DNA from: Phaeosaccion multiseriatum
Lineage: Eukaryota > Protista > Ochrophyta, other classes
NCBI GenBank assembly: GCA_965112735.1
Contig: OZ218950.1
Location: 4,526,001-4,590,000, forward strand
Reading direction: 5' to 3'
DNA: 64,000 nucleotides
Shown one piece after another: positions 26,332 to 39,043 of the stretch. The position numbers were made by a program, and so were the translations under genes. The notes beneath the pieces were generated by a model that was given only the letters and a program-made list of their open reading frames with translations, was not told the origin of the DNA and made no database searches. Each line of letters begins with the position of its first letter. Position 1 is the stretch's first letter.

Positions 26332-26548
26332 ACAGGTTGTTGCAAGAGGGGGAGAAGGGAGGGGAGACCCCACGAGAAGTTTGAATTCAGTTTCAGTTTC
26401 AGCTTCTCCTCGCTTTGTCGGGGTCGAGAGGAGCTCGCTCGGGACTTCGGACTACTAATACCTAGAAAGTAGAAACAAGGAGGGCGCGCATGATCACTTG
26501 TGGAGAAAGAGAGAGGTACGTCCAGTCCAGTTCTATTTTAAAAAACGA

Positions 26549-29500
26549 CTACAGCCGAATGAGCACGTCGTTGTGCTCATCAACCACGGCAAACAGCCCA
26601 AGGCCGTCCACAAGGTACTCGAGCAGCTCGCGCCGCTTCTGCTGGTCCTCCTCCGGTCTTCGCTCCTCCACCACCTCCATCTCCTCCTTCCGCTCCTCCT
26701 CTCCCTCCTCCACCACCGGCTGGTGCCTGCTCACAACAGCGACGAGCTCACTCTGCGCCTCGTCTGAGGAAAGCGCGTGGCGAATCACCAGCCTGGAGGC
26801 CTCCTTCGACAAGCCACGGAGATCTACTTCCCGCCCAGTCCTGTCCTCTATCCACGGCGACGGTAGCTCACCCGTGGACACCGCCTCTGCGTACAGCCTA
26901 TCCGCAGCATCGACTTGCCCCCCCACCCCCGCCTCCAAGGACAGCTCTTCAATGCGAAGGACATGGCGCGGGGCCTTCGGGGCCTTCTCCTTCTCTTCCT
27001 CCTGCTTCTTCTTCGCTGCCCTCTTTAGCATCTTCTCCTTCTGCACCCTCTTCTTGATCCTCTTCTTCGCTTCGGCCCTCCCCAGCGCTTTCTTCTCTTC
27101 GACCGTCATGCCCTTCATCTTCTTTTCCCCTGTAGGCTTTTTCAGCCCCTTGGCCCGCATCTCCGCAAGCAGTTGCTGAGCCTTGCCATGCTCCCCGGCC
27201 TCAGTCCAAGCAGCACGAAGAGCATCGTAAGTGGCAAAATTCGGCTCGCTGCCCTCTTGCTGCATCTCTAAGAAAATACCGTGGGCCGCTTCGCATTCTC
27301 TCTCCTTGATGTAGGCCTCAATGACCAGGTTGTACTCATGGACGGCAATGGGAAGCCCCAAGCGGCGCCTCTCTGCCAGGAGGGCCACCGCATCCTGACC
27401 TTTGCCCAACTTGGCACAGGCATCCAAAGCAATCCTACGGCTAACTGTCAGGAGGCGTGCTGTGTCCACACCGCCTGCGAGCTGGGCACACGCCTTCAGA
27501 GCCTTGCTCTTTGCGACGCCCTGGGAGAACCTGTTTTGCGACTCCTCTTGCTTCCGCAGATGCTCCACCTCCTTCCAAGCCACATCATACAACTCATGCT
27601 TCTCGCATACGCGGAGGATACGGACTTGTATGCTGTTGGGTACCATGCCACCCTCGCTTCGCATCTCCTCCAGCGTTTCGACAAACTTGTCCACGGGCCC
27701 TTCCTCTCCCAATGCCACCAGCGCCACGCAGTACACACCCAGATTCGGCTTGAGCCCTTCTTTGCGCATTTGTCCGAGCAGTTTCAGCGCCGATTTGTGG
27801 TCCTTGTCCTTGACACAAACATTCATCACGGCAGCAAACACACCTGCATCCACTTGCACTTTCTTCTCTTGCATCTCCGCCAGCAGCTCCATGGCCGCGG
27901 CACTCCTTGCCTTAGGGACGCAAGTCGCAATCACATACATGTACGCGGCGGTGTCTACCTCCATCCCCCTTGCCCACATCTGCTCGACGACGGCCCGCGC
28001 CTCCTCATAATGTCCAGACTTGCTCAAGAAACGCAGGAGAGTACTGCCACCACCTGCTCCCCCCCCACCCACGTCCATCAGCGCCTGCACCAGGGCATCG
28101 CCGGACAGGCCTGCCTCCCGCGCAGCCGCAATCACGCACATAAAAGTAGTGGCGTGTATCTCCAGTCCCGCTTCCTGCTTCTCCGCCATCACCTTCAGGG
28201 CCGAGTCTACTTGCCCCTCCTTGGCGTAGGCGTCAAATATATCCCTGTCCAACTCTGCCTCAACGCTGCTGCCCTCCTTCCCCATCTCGCGCCACACCTC
28301 CACCACCTTGGCGAAATCCCCTGCCTTGCAGTACACGCCAATGACACGTGCATACGTCTTCGCCCAAACGGGACCCCACACTCCTCGTTTCTTGCTTCCT
28401 GTGGGGGCCTCTGCCAGCACCTGTCGCACACTCTCCAAGTCCCACTTGTCGAAACAGCGTTCGACCAAATCAAGGTACACTTGCGGTGGGGCGGAAGACT
28501 CTGCAAGCACCGCCAAGACTCGTTCTGTCTCGATGTGCCTAGTCCTGACGCATGCAGCCACGTACATGCGAAAACATGCCTGGGAAGGGGTGCCTCCTCG
28601 TTCTCGCATCTCTTCAAAACACTCCACTGCCTTCTTGGGCTGCCTGCTGCGCCCCAACCCTTTCATGCCCTCTTCGTACAGCTCCGCAATCACCTGTCCA
28701 CGGGGGGTTTGACGCTTGTTCCTGCCCTCGGGAGCTAGGTCGGCAGGCAGTTCTCCCCTAACCTCTGCGAACAGCTCCAGCACTTCGGCAAAGAGCCCAA
28801 GACGCTCGTATGTGAGCATGGCCAGGACGTATGTGCGTGAGTTGAAAACAGCTTTTCTAAACGCTTCCCCTTGCACCACCATCTCATCCAGTATTTCCGT
28901 GCGAACCGCCATCGCCGCTGTGCGCCCTTGCCCTTGCCGGAGGCACTTCCGGAGGATTTCATTGGTCAAGCTGGTCGCCGGTACGTAGCCCTCGACTCGC
29001 ATCTCTCTCCACACCCCGGCTGCCTGTTTGCTCCACTCTACTGCCTCTTCACTCTCATCATCCTCCCACTCTCTCGCCAAGAATACGTTCATGATAATGT
29101 GCTTGAACGTGTCCGAGGTGGGCTTCATGGCATTCTGCTTCATCTCATCGAACAGATCCAGAGCCATCTTGTATTGATGCGTCCGCGCCATCGCCCGAAT
29201 GGCATACTCGCACGTATCGGCCGACACATCTGCCCCTCTCTGGCGCATGATGTGCCACAGCTTTAGCGCTGCTACCAGCGTCTTGCCGCTTCCCCTCCCT
29301 GAGGCTTCAATGGTAGCTCTCAATGTGACCTGGTAGTCGTAGCCTGTCTCTTTTAAGATGTGTATGCAGTTGTCAAATGCCTGGTCTGCTGGTACATGCT
29401 TAAGGGCTGCGACGTAGCCCTCATACTCCTCCTGTGATGTTTCCTTCTTCTTCTTCCTCCACCCCCCACCCCCCCTTGCTGGTGCTGCTTCTGGTGCTGG

Positions 29501-29761
29501 TGCCTCTAGCTGTGCTGCTGCTGCTCCTTCCTCCTCCACCTCGCCCCCATTCCCAGCCACAGACGCAGAGAGCGGTCGGAAGAGAGGGCGGGAGCTGCGA
29601 CCACGCGTGAGAGGGGCAGCAACAGCAGCAGGAGCAGGATGACAAGGAGGAGGCCTCACAGCTGCAGCCCCAGGCAGGGCGGGACCCTGTCCCCAACCCG
29701 CCGAGCGAAAGGGGCCTGGTGCGATGAAGCCCGCCATCCCCAACTTCTGTTGCCCGCCCAT
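26549..29761 (-). CDS. Pentatricopeptide repeat protein with divergent PPRs and a degenerate C-terminal SMR-like domain; probably organelle-targeted
   Basis: 1070-aa intronless ORF with many 35-aa PPR-like units (e.g. GVFAAVMNVCVKDKDHKSALKLLGQMRKEGLKPN). The C-terminal VDLRGLSKEASRLVIRHAL is SMR-like but lacks TGRG. Confidence 0.9.
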   Translation of the reverse strand: MGGQQKLGMAGFIAPGPFRSAGWGQGPALPGAAAVRPPPCHPAPAAVAAPLTRGRSSRPLFRPLSASVAGNGGEVEEEGAAAAQLEAPAPEAAPARGGGGWRKKKKETSQEEYEGYVAALKHVPADQAFDNCIHILKETGYDYQVTLRATIEASGRGSGKTLVAALKLWHIMRQRGADVSADTCEYAIRAMARTHQYKMALDLFDEMKQNAMKPTSDTFKHIIMNVFLAREWEDDESEEAVEWSKQAAGVWREMRVEGYVPATSLTNEILRKCLRQGQGRTAAMAVRTEILDEMVVQGEAFRKAVFNSRTYVLAMLTYERLGLFAEVLELFAEVRGELPADLAPEGRNKRQTPRGQVIAELYEEGMKGLGRSRQPKKAVECFEEMRERGGTPSQACFRMYVAACVRTRHIETERVLAVLAESSAPPQVYLDLVERCFDKWDLESVRQVLAEAPTGSKKRGVWGPVWAKTYARVIGVYCKAGDFAKVVEVWREMGKEGSSVEAELDRDIFDAYAKEGQVDSALKVMAEKQEAGLEIHATTFMCVIAAAREAGLSGDALVQALMDVGGGGAGGGSTLLRFLSKSGHYEEARAVVEQMWARGMEVDTAAYMYVIATCVPKARSAAAMELLAEMQEKKVQVDAGVFAAVMNVCVKDKDHKSALKLLGQMRKEGLKPNLGVYCVALVALGEEGPVDKFVETLEEMRSEGGMVPNSIQVRILRVCEKHELYDVAWKEVEHLRKQEESQNRFSQGVAKSKALKACAQLAGGVDTARLLTVSRRIALDACAKLGKGQDAVALLAERRRLGLPIAVHEYNLVIEAYIKERECEAAHGIFLEMQQEGSEPNFATYDALRAAWTEAGEHGKAQQLLAEMRAKGLKKPTGEKKMKGMTVEEKKALGRAEAKKRIKKRVQKEKMLKRAAKKKQEEEKEKAPKAPRHVLRIEELSLEAGVGGQVDAADRLYAEAVSTGELPSPWIEDRTGREVDLRGLSKEASRLVIRHALSSDEAQSELVAVVSRHQPVVEEGEEERKEEMEVVEERRPEEDQQKRRELLEYLVDGLGLFAVVDEHNDVLIRL

Positions 29762-30235
29762 GTGGAGGCCGAGTTAAAACTCCAGCCAAGTGAATTGACC
29801 CACAAGCTGCTGCAGCGGAGAAAGGGCGAAGGGGGGCGTATGTGTAGAGTGGTGGGTGGTCGTGCGAGGGTGAGGAGGGAGGGGGGGTGGGGGAGAGTTG
29901 ACAAAAGACAGAGGGGGATGAGTCTTTCCGTTGAAGGAGAAAGGCCCGGAGAGAGGAGGGATAATGAGGGAGAGCGATCGGCAGAAGCTTACCTTACTGT
30001 ACACTTCCCCGCTGTATGTACACGGCCCGAAAAGGGAAATGAAAAGGAGCGTGTGGAGTTCAATTGGGTGTGAGTGTCAGTTCGATGGCTGTCATTTGAG
30101 GGCATACAGGCTTTGCTGAGCAGTTGAGCGATGTCGTTGAAGAGAGGGAGAGTTTTTCCCCTGTTATTGGGGTGGCTCACATGGCAGTGTATCATGATCA
30201 AGCATTAAAGACACAGCAGGGCCTTGCTTGAGAAC

Positions 30236-31862
30236 ATGCTTCAGGCTACCCTGGCAACGGCTCAATGGAAGGCAGACTTAGTCCAACGAAGCGAGCTCCA
30301 GCACCTCCACCAGCACCAGCAAGGAAAGGACAGAACAAGAGAGAGAGGGGAGTGGCAAAGAAGCGGGGAAGCTCTGGGAGAAGAAAAAGGAGTGCAGGGG
30401 GGCGATGATGGGAGAGATGGAGATGGCAGTGAAGGGGGGCCTCGCAATTGGCAATGGATTTTCTCATGCCTTTGGCACGCCATTGCTCACTTTGATGGTG
30501 GTGGTGGGTCTCGACAGTGGACGGGCCAGCCTTTGGGCATCAAACTTCGAGTTCCTGAAACTGTCTTGTTTCAGGCTGGAGAGCCGCAGCTTTGGCTACA
30601 CACAGATCGAAGGGGCTTCCTAAGACGGAGAGACATTGGGGACTTTGTGCAAGAGTGGCACGAGAGAGAGGAGACTACGCGAAGCGAGAGAGAGGAGATT
30701 AACCGAGGCGAGAGCAGCAACAGAAAGAGGAGAAGACCTGGGGGGGCGGGAGAAGGACATGATGGAGCAACAGCAGCAGCAGCAGGGCAGAGTATTTTGG
30801 ACTTTGTCATGGCAAGAATACAGCAAATTTTCACAGAGGCAGCGCGGATGCAGGAAGCCGCGATATCGGGAGGGGGCTCCTCCTCCTTCTCTTCCTCCTC
30901 CTCCTTCTCCCCTGCCTCTTTTGGAAGCGACCGTTCAGCAGAGCCAGCAGCAACAGCTTGTGCTATGGATCCACGGACCCCACTGTGTGTAGTGTGGTAC
31001 TTGGACGGCGAACGAGAGACCATGGACAAGGGCACCTCTGAAAGGCTCCTGGGCCAGGCCAAGTGGAGGATCCAGGTGATGGCCATACAGAGCCACGTGG
31101 CGGGGCAGCGAACAGAGACGGGCTCCTTCAACCGAAAAGAGGCCCAGGTGTGGGGGTCGGCAGGGGCGCCGTGGGGGATGGGCGCCGGCAGAGTGGCGCT
31201 CAACATGCTAAGCAAAGCTATTGCCACGTACGCAGAGAAGGCTTACGACACCCCCGTGGGGAGGACGATGACGACGACGACAACTAGCATGAGGGCCGAG
31301 GAGGAGGGGGGGGAGGAGCCCAGCTGTGGAGGAAGAAGGGCCAGGGGCAAGCACCAGGGCACCAAGGTGCTGTCTTTGACTGCGCACTTTCTCGTGGACG
31401 CTGGGGGTACGCTCTGGTTCTCGCATGCGGAGGGCGTGAGGGTCAGCAATGAGGGCAAGCTCAAGGAGAAGTCGCTCCGAACCCGACTACAACAGAGTCA
31501 GCGGCGCCAGCGGCACGACGAGCATCAGCAGCATCAGCACCAGCACCACCAGACGCAGCAGTACCAGCAGCGCGGGCTCGAGATAAAGAAGGGGCGAGAG
31601 GAGGCACAGGCGATGCAGGCGGCTCTTGTGGTGGCCGCTGAGCTGCGAAGTCTCCTCACCCTCGCGGCCGACAGAGGCGTGTCTGTGCAGCAGTCCTTCC
31701 AGCATTTTGACGAGCTGGTACGTGGGGGCGTGCGTGTGTGCGTTTGTGCGTGCGTGTGTGTGTGCGTTTGTGCGTGGGTTTCGTCGTTTCTTCCTTTTCC
31801 TCTCGAGACGAGACGGGTGGGGCTTTGGGGCTCTCTCACCGCCCCCCCCCCTCCCCTCACTT

Positions 31863-31911
<49 letters not shown>

Positions 31912-32662
31912 ACGTCTCACGCACGCGGGGCGCCCACCCCTTTACCCGCACATTCTCCCTTTTCCTTTGCTTTGCTTGTCCCGTTGTTGTCGTTGTGCAG
32001 GGGCGGGGCTTCGTTGATGAGGCCGGCCTGTCTGCAGGGCTAGCGCGCTTGGGCATTGGGATCGCTTCGGACGTCTGCACACTGCTCATGGAGCTTATCG
32101 GGGAGGCAAGCGGAGCGTACTTCCGAGCCACAGGTGGGTGGGTGGGTGGGTGGGTGACGGGATGGTAGGGGTGGTAGGGAAAGTAAGAGAGAGACGGGTA
32201 GAGAGGAGCAATAGGAGGGACGGACGGACGGACGGAGGGAGGGAGGGAGGGAGGGAGGGAGGTAGGGAGGGAGTGAAAAGAGGGGAGGGGGGGGGACAGC
32301 CAACGGAGCCACAAACGGGAGGGAGGTCACCTGCCGCTCGCCGAAGTATCTCTGTCTCCCTTTCTCCCTCTCTCCCTCTCCCTCTCTCTCTCTCTGTGTC
32401 TGCCTATCTCTCTGTCTGTACATCTCTTCTCTCTAACTTGTGATCACTCTTATTTGCAGACAAAGCAAGTATACTTTTATCTTCTCCATTTCCACACACA
32501 CACACACACACTGTTCTTGCTTGCTTCTCTTCTCCTGCCTTTCACAGACCTGATGAGCTTCGCGGCGCTGGAAGACGACACCAACGTCTTTCTGAGGACG
32601 GCGGCAGGGACGGCTGGGGGCCTGCAGATGACCACCTGGGATGAAGCTAGCGACCATGATGA

Positions 32663-32694
<32 letters not shown>

Positions 32695-35600
32695 GCGTCA
32701 CAGGGCTCTCCTCCACATCCCGGGGGTGGGCACTGGCCCCGACCAGGCGAAGAGGAGGAGGAGGAGGGACCGCCTTCGGGAGCGGAGGTGGAGATGGAGG
32801 TGGAGGGAGAGGTGATGTCGTAGCGTGGGATGCATGGACGGAGGAGACGACGGCGGGAGGGGCAGGCTTGGGCGGTGTGGTGGGGGGAGGGGACCCAAAC
32901 AGAAGAGGGACGAGCAGCAGCCATGGAGGGGGGTTGAGCACTATGGATGGCAGCAGAAGCAGGAGAAGGGGTAGCAGCAATAGGGTGCAATTTCAGAACA
33001 AGGCGACGTCGTCGGAGCTCGCTTTCGAGGGAAGGCCTTCGACCGTGGCATCTGTGGGAACACCTGCGGCCGGGAGGGAAGAGCAAGAGAGGCTAGAAGG
33101 AGAGAAATTGGTGGGGAGTGACAACGACGATGGTGGTGCTGCGACCGCCTCTGTCGAAGGAGGAGGGGAGGGTGTCGAAAGAAGATGGGGAAGGAGCGGT
33201 GAGAGGGGTGCGGAGAGTGGGGGGGGTCCTCAGGATGGCCGAGATCTGCACGCAGTGAGTCTGAGGCTACGGACGTATCGCAAGAGGAGGCTTATTCCAC
33301 TGTGGGCAGATCTTCCTCCTGATGCCCGGGAGGGTACCAGAAGAGCGTTGGAAGAGTTACTGCGGAGTCAGAAGAGGTACAGCAAGCGAAAAAGGCGGGA
33401 GAAGAGGGAAGGAGGAGGAGGAGGAGGAGGAGGGGGGGGGGGGGGGGGGGGGGGAGGAGGGGGTAGTGGGGAGGAGGACGAGGAGGAGGCGGAGGAGGAC
33501 GAGAAAGACGAGGAGGAGGGGAAGGACAATGAGGAGGAGGCAGATGAAGAGCAGCAGCAGGAAGAGGAGGGAGAGGACCGAGTTGACGTTTTCGATGATC
33601 ATGCGCTGGAAGAGAGCAGGACGGGAGAAGGGCGGGACTGTGTCCATCACTGCGGCATGGGCCTCTTGCTGAGCTATCGATGGGTGACCTGCGTCATGGG
33701 GGGGAAGCAAGAGGAGGAGAAGGAGGACAAGGAGAAGGAGGGGGAGGAGAAGGGTGGTGGTGGTGCTGGTCATGGTGCGGACGACAGCCGCAGTGATGCA
33801 ATCGGTGTCGGTACCGGCAGCAGCAGTGCAGGAGGATTAGGGTTGGTAGGTTTCGATGTGCTGCATGACACCGTGCGAGTGCAAACCGCGAACCGCCTGC
33901 TGGGGGGTGACGAGAGGCACGCCTACAAGCCTGGGAAGATGATCCGACGCGAGCCTGCCCTGGTGATTGCCGTGCCTGGGCTGTTTATGACGCTCGACTC
34001 CCTCGAGGCTGGCTTGTCGCAACTCTTGCAGGACTACCCTCGGCGTAAGCTTTTGTTGGTGGCGCTGGCGGGTCTCCCGGGCACGCGTTGGCCCCCCGGG
34101 ACCGTGTTGAACGACGAGACCATGAGCAGCTGCCTCGACAAGGTGCTGCAGCATTTGCAGGCGTCCGGGGGGATTTGTCAAGACACGCACGTCCCTGTCT
34201 TCCTCGTGGGTTTTGGGCAGGGGGCCAACGCGGTGTTGCACTTTGTGGCCAAGCATCTGCCGGACAAGGCGGCGCATTGGCGGTTACGGAGTGCGTTACG
34301 GTTGGTCCTCATCGCCAACCCGTTTCCTCTGAATGGCATGTCGGCCAAAGGAGGAGGAGGAGGAGGAGGAGGAGGAGGAGGAGGAGGAGGAGGTGTTGCT
34401 TCTCGTGGAAAGGGGACAGGAGAAAGCGACAGTACTGTCGGGGGGGGGGGGGCACTGGATTCGACGAAGGGCGACCTTCAACAGCAGCAGCACGAGGATT
34501 ATGATGCTGATGGTGGTAATGCAGATGCTGCTGCTTCTACTGGTGATGCTGCTGCTCAAGGCCGGGCGTCGGAGACAAGAAAGGGCAGTAGCAGCAGAAG
34601 CAGCAGCAGTAACAGCAGCAGCGACGAGACAGAACAACCATCAAGAGAGCAGCCCATCGTCTGGGCGGGGTGTGGGCCGGTGAGGAAGGCGCTGATTGGC
34701 TTGGCCAAGACTCTGAGGAGGGGTACTCGGCAGGAGCAAGTAGAGCATTTGTTGAAGGCGCTCTTGTCTGAGCCCTATGTGCTGCGGACGGGAAGAGCTG
34801 AGGCCCTGCGACGCTTCTGGAGGATGAGGAGCGAGCTGCGCTTAGCGAGGGACGACGACGACGACGAAAAGGACGCAGGAGGAGGAGGAGGAGGAGGAGG
34901 AGGAGGAGGAGGAGGAGGAGGAGGAGGAGAAGGAGGAGGAGGAGGAGGAGGAGGAAAAGGAAGTGTTTCCGAGGGGCGGACAACAGATACAAGGGCCCTC
35001 ACGGAGATGTTGGCGGGGGTGATGCACAACACGGACCTGATCCGAGGGGGCTCGCCTTCCCGAGGGGGGTCACCTACCCGAGGGGGGTCACCTACCCGAG
35101 GGGGGTCACCTACCCGAGGGGGGTCACCTACCCGAGGGGGGTCACGTACCCGAGGGGGGTCACGTACCCGAGGGGGGAGCCCAACCCGAGGGGGGTCGCT
35201 TTTGGCCGCCATCTCCGTGCCCGTGTTAGCGCTGCGGTCTGCGCAAGACGCCCTGGTGCCTGTTGATGTGGTGAGAGGGTGGCTCAAGGAGGAGTGGAGG
35301 GACGATGTGGTGGACCTTCCTGCTGTGCTGCTGAGCTCCAATCGCAAGAGGAAGTTCATGATTCGGGAGCTAGGGGGCGGGCATGACATGCTGCAGGAGG
35401 AGTGGGGGGCGAGTGTGGGCATTATCGACGAGTTTCTCAGCGTTGCGTGCGAGCTCAAGATTGTGCATGTCGAGGACCTTGACAAGGAGGAGAAGGAGAG
35501 GGGGAAGAAGGAGAAGGAGAAGAGCAAACAGGAGAAAGGGGAGGGGGGGGGGGGTCGAGGAGGAGGAGGAGGAGGAGGAGGAGGAGGAGGAGGAGGAGGA

Positions 35601-38600
35601 GGAGGAGGAGGAGGAGGAGGAGGAGACCTCGAGGGTATGCTCGACGTGTTGGACGTGGGGAACGAAGGACGTGGAGCGACGGCGTGGGGCAAAAGGAGGG
35701 CTTCCAGAGGAGTTGCGGGGTTGGAGCCGGGAGAGTGGGACGATGAGGATGAAGAGGTTGGCGGCGACGAGAAGGCAGTAGATGATGATACAGCAGTTGG
35801 TGATACAGCAGGGGAAGGAGGACAGGGAGGAGGAGGAGGAGGAGGAGAGGGAGAAGGAGGAGGGGGAGGAGGTGGTGGAGGAGGAGGAGCGGGCGGGGGT
35901 AAGGAAGGAGGGGAACAACACAAACTGAGCAAGGAGAAGCGCGAGTCGCTGAATGAGAGGCGCCAGGCCGAGCAGGAGAAGCGGAGACTGAAGGCATTGG
36001 AGCGGAGGAAGAAGGGGGAGAGATTGAAGCGACATAAGGCTATCCTGAGGATGAAGAAGGAGAAGGAGGCCAGAGAGGCGACTGCGAGGGAGAAGGAGGA
36101 GAGTAGGCTTATGCTTGCAGAGGACGAGCACTCACTTGCGGCGCAACAGTACATCGAGGTGAGGAGGGAGGGAGGGAGGGAGGGAGGGAGGAGGGGAGGG
36201 GAGGGACGAAGCGAGGGAGGGAGGGAGGGAGGGAGGGAGAGGGGGGGGAGGCGACGAAGAGAAAGAGGTGAAAACGAGACATGAGAGAGAGAGAGCAAGA
36301 GAAAAGAGAGGGATAGAGAGTCGAAGAAGAGCTGGGGTCTTTCATGTTATGCTCTATCGACACTTGTCTAGCTTCCTGCTTCCTTACTCTCTCTCTGCCT
36401 TCCTTCCCTCTTGTCTTTCTCTCCTCTCCCTCTCCCTCTTTCTCTCGTTCGCCTTCTCTCTCTCCCTCTGCCTCCCTCTCGTTCTCGTTCTCGTTCTCGT
36501 TCGCGTTTTCCCTCTCCGCTTCCCTCTCCCCCTCTCCCTCTCCCTGTGCCTCTCTCCCTGCTCCTCTCCCTCTCCCTCTCCCTCTCCCGCTCCCTCTCCC
36601 TCTCTATCTCTCTCTTCCCTCTCCCTCTCTCCCTCTCTCCCTGTCCGTCTCCCTCTCCATCTCCATCTCTCTCTTCCCTCGGCCCTGTGTATGAAATAAA
36701 CAAAGCTGTGCGAGGAGTGGTTGTGGACGGCTCAGGCCCCCAAGAACCGAGCCTTAGAGCTGGGTATGTCCAGAGATGAGAAGGTGAGTGAGTGAGTGAG
36801 TGAGTGAGTGAGTGAGTGAGTGAGTGAGTGAGTGAGTACAGTCAGTGAGTGGAGTGAGTGGAGTAAGTGGGGTGAGCGAGTGAGTGAGTAATTGAGTGAT
36901 TGAGTGATTGAGTGAGTGAGTGAGTGAGTGAGTGGAATGAGCGAGTGAGTGTCAACACCAAGCCACGCCTTTCCATCTTTCTCCCCTCCACCCCCCCCCC
37001 CCTCCCCACCAAACAATAGGTTCAGCAAGCGGCCGAAGACAGGGTGGCCCGTCAACGCGCCGCTCGGCACCAGCTGCGGGCAGAGCTCTTTCAGCGTAAG
37101 GTGCAAGAAGCGCTGCTCGAGGATGTTGCTGATGTGGGGTGAGTGTGTATGCGTGTGTGTATGTGTGTGTGTGTGTGTGTGGGTGCGCGCGCGCGTGGTT
37201 GTGACGACATGCTGGGTACGTAGGGCATCCGGGCCAAAGGAAAAGCGTGTCGGGTTCCGGTCTTGTCTAACTCTCACTCCTATCTATGTAGGCGATACAA
37301 GGGGCTTATCCTCCTCCTCCTCCTCCTCCTCCTCCTCCCTCCCTCCCTCCTTATGCGTCGCTGGGCGTGCACACACTCACGCACACCCGCACGCCCACAC
37401 ACACCCGCACTTGACTCCTCCCCCTCCCTCCCGATCCAATAACAAAAACAAAAGGCCGGGCGTGAACTTAAATTGGAAGGAGGTGGACGTCAAGGCTGTG
37501 AAGCATGCAGCTGAGAGTATGTTAGGAGAGGTGCTGCTCATGAGGCAGAAGGCTATTGAGGCAATGCGGCAGCACGAGGCCAGGCTGGAGCAGATGGACG
37601 TCTTTACAAAGCAGTATGACAGGCTGGAGGTAAGAGTCTGGCGGTGGAATGGACGGAGGACGAGGAGGAGGAGGAGGAGGAGGAGGAGGAGGAGTGGGAG
37701 GAGGAGGGAGGGGGGTGAGAGAGTGATTCGTTTCTTTTGTTGCGCGCAATACGTATTGCTCCTTCTGTTTTGCCCACTCCCCTTTCACCGACTCCCACAC
37801 CCTACCTGACTCTAACCCTAACCTCCTTCCCTCCCTCCCTCCCTCCCTCCCTCCCTCCCTCCCTCCCTCCCCCTTTCCCTCCTTCCTTCCTTCCTTCCTT
37901 CCTTCCCTCCCTCCCTCCCTCCCTCCTTTCCTCCCTCCCTCCCTCTATCCGTCCTTTCCTCCCTCCCTCCCTCCCTCCGTCCCTCCCTCCCTCCCTCCCT
38001 CCCTCCCTCCCTCCCTCCCTCCCTCCCTCCCTCCCTCCCTCCCTCCCTCCCTCCCTCCCTCCCTCCCTCCCTCCCTCCCTCCTTTCCTCCCTCCCTCCCT
38101 CTATCCGTCCTTCCCTCCCTCCCTCACTCTCTGCCCCCCCTCCCCCCCCCCCTCAGACCGAGCTCCGTCAGTTACAACGCACCTGGCGATTACAACTCAT
38201 GTACCAAAAGATGGGTTCCGCTTCGGCATCTTTGATGGGTGATATGATGGACCCTGCCAAGATGGAGCAGCTTCAACGCCTCATCGCCAAGAGGCAGTTG
38301 CAGTTCAATGACTTCACCACCATCCTCAAGGTCAGTCAGTAGGTGGCAGGGTGGGTGGGTGGGTGGGTGCGTGGGTTACGGTGGTTATGGTGGATGGGTG
38401 GGTGCGTGGGTTACGGTGGTTATGGTGGGTGGGTCGGTGAGTGGGTTACGGTGGTTATGGTGGGTGGGTGGGTGAGTGGGTTACGGTGGTTATTGTGGGT
38501 GGGTGGCAGTGGATGGGTTACGGTGGTTATGGTGGGTGGGTGGGTGGGTGAGTGGGTTACGGTGGTTATGGTGGGTGGGTGGGTGAGTGGGTTACGGTGG

Positions 38601-38971
38601 TTATGGTGGGTGGGTGGGTGAGTGGGTTACGGTGGTTGTGGTGGATGGGTGGGTGAGTGGGTTACGGTGGTTATGGTGGATGGGTGGATGAGTGGGTTAC
38701 GGTGGTTATGGTGGGTGGGTGGGTGAGTGGGTTACGGTGGTTATGGCGGATGGGTGGGTGAGTGGGTTACGGTGGTTATGGTGGGTGGGTGGGTGAGTGG
38801 GTTACGGTGGGTATGGTGGGTGGGTGGGTGAGTGGGTTACGGTGGGTATGGTGGGTGGGTGGGTGAGTGGGTTACGGTGGGTATGGTGGGTGGGTGGGTG
38901 AGTTGGTTGCGGCAGGTAGAAGAGTGGGTTACGGTGGTTATGGTGGATGGGTGGCAGTGGGTGGGTGGCAA

Positions 38972-39043
<72 letters not shown>

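Noticed and set aside
19760-26458. Long + strand ORFs (19760-20830, 21514-23307, 22464-23537, 24845-26458)
   Set aside because: Antisense shadows of the Treslin CDS, kept open by GC-rich triplet repeats; no recognisable motifs.
38360-38950. Interstitial telomeric repeat
   Set aside because: The unit GGGTTACGGTGGTTAT does not match TTAGGG or TTTAGGG arrays.
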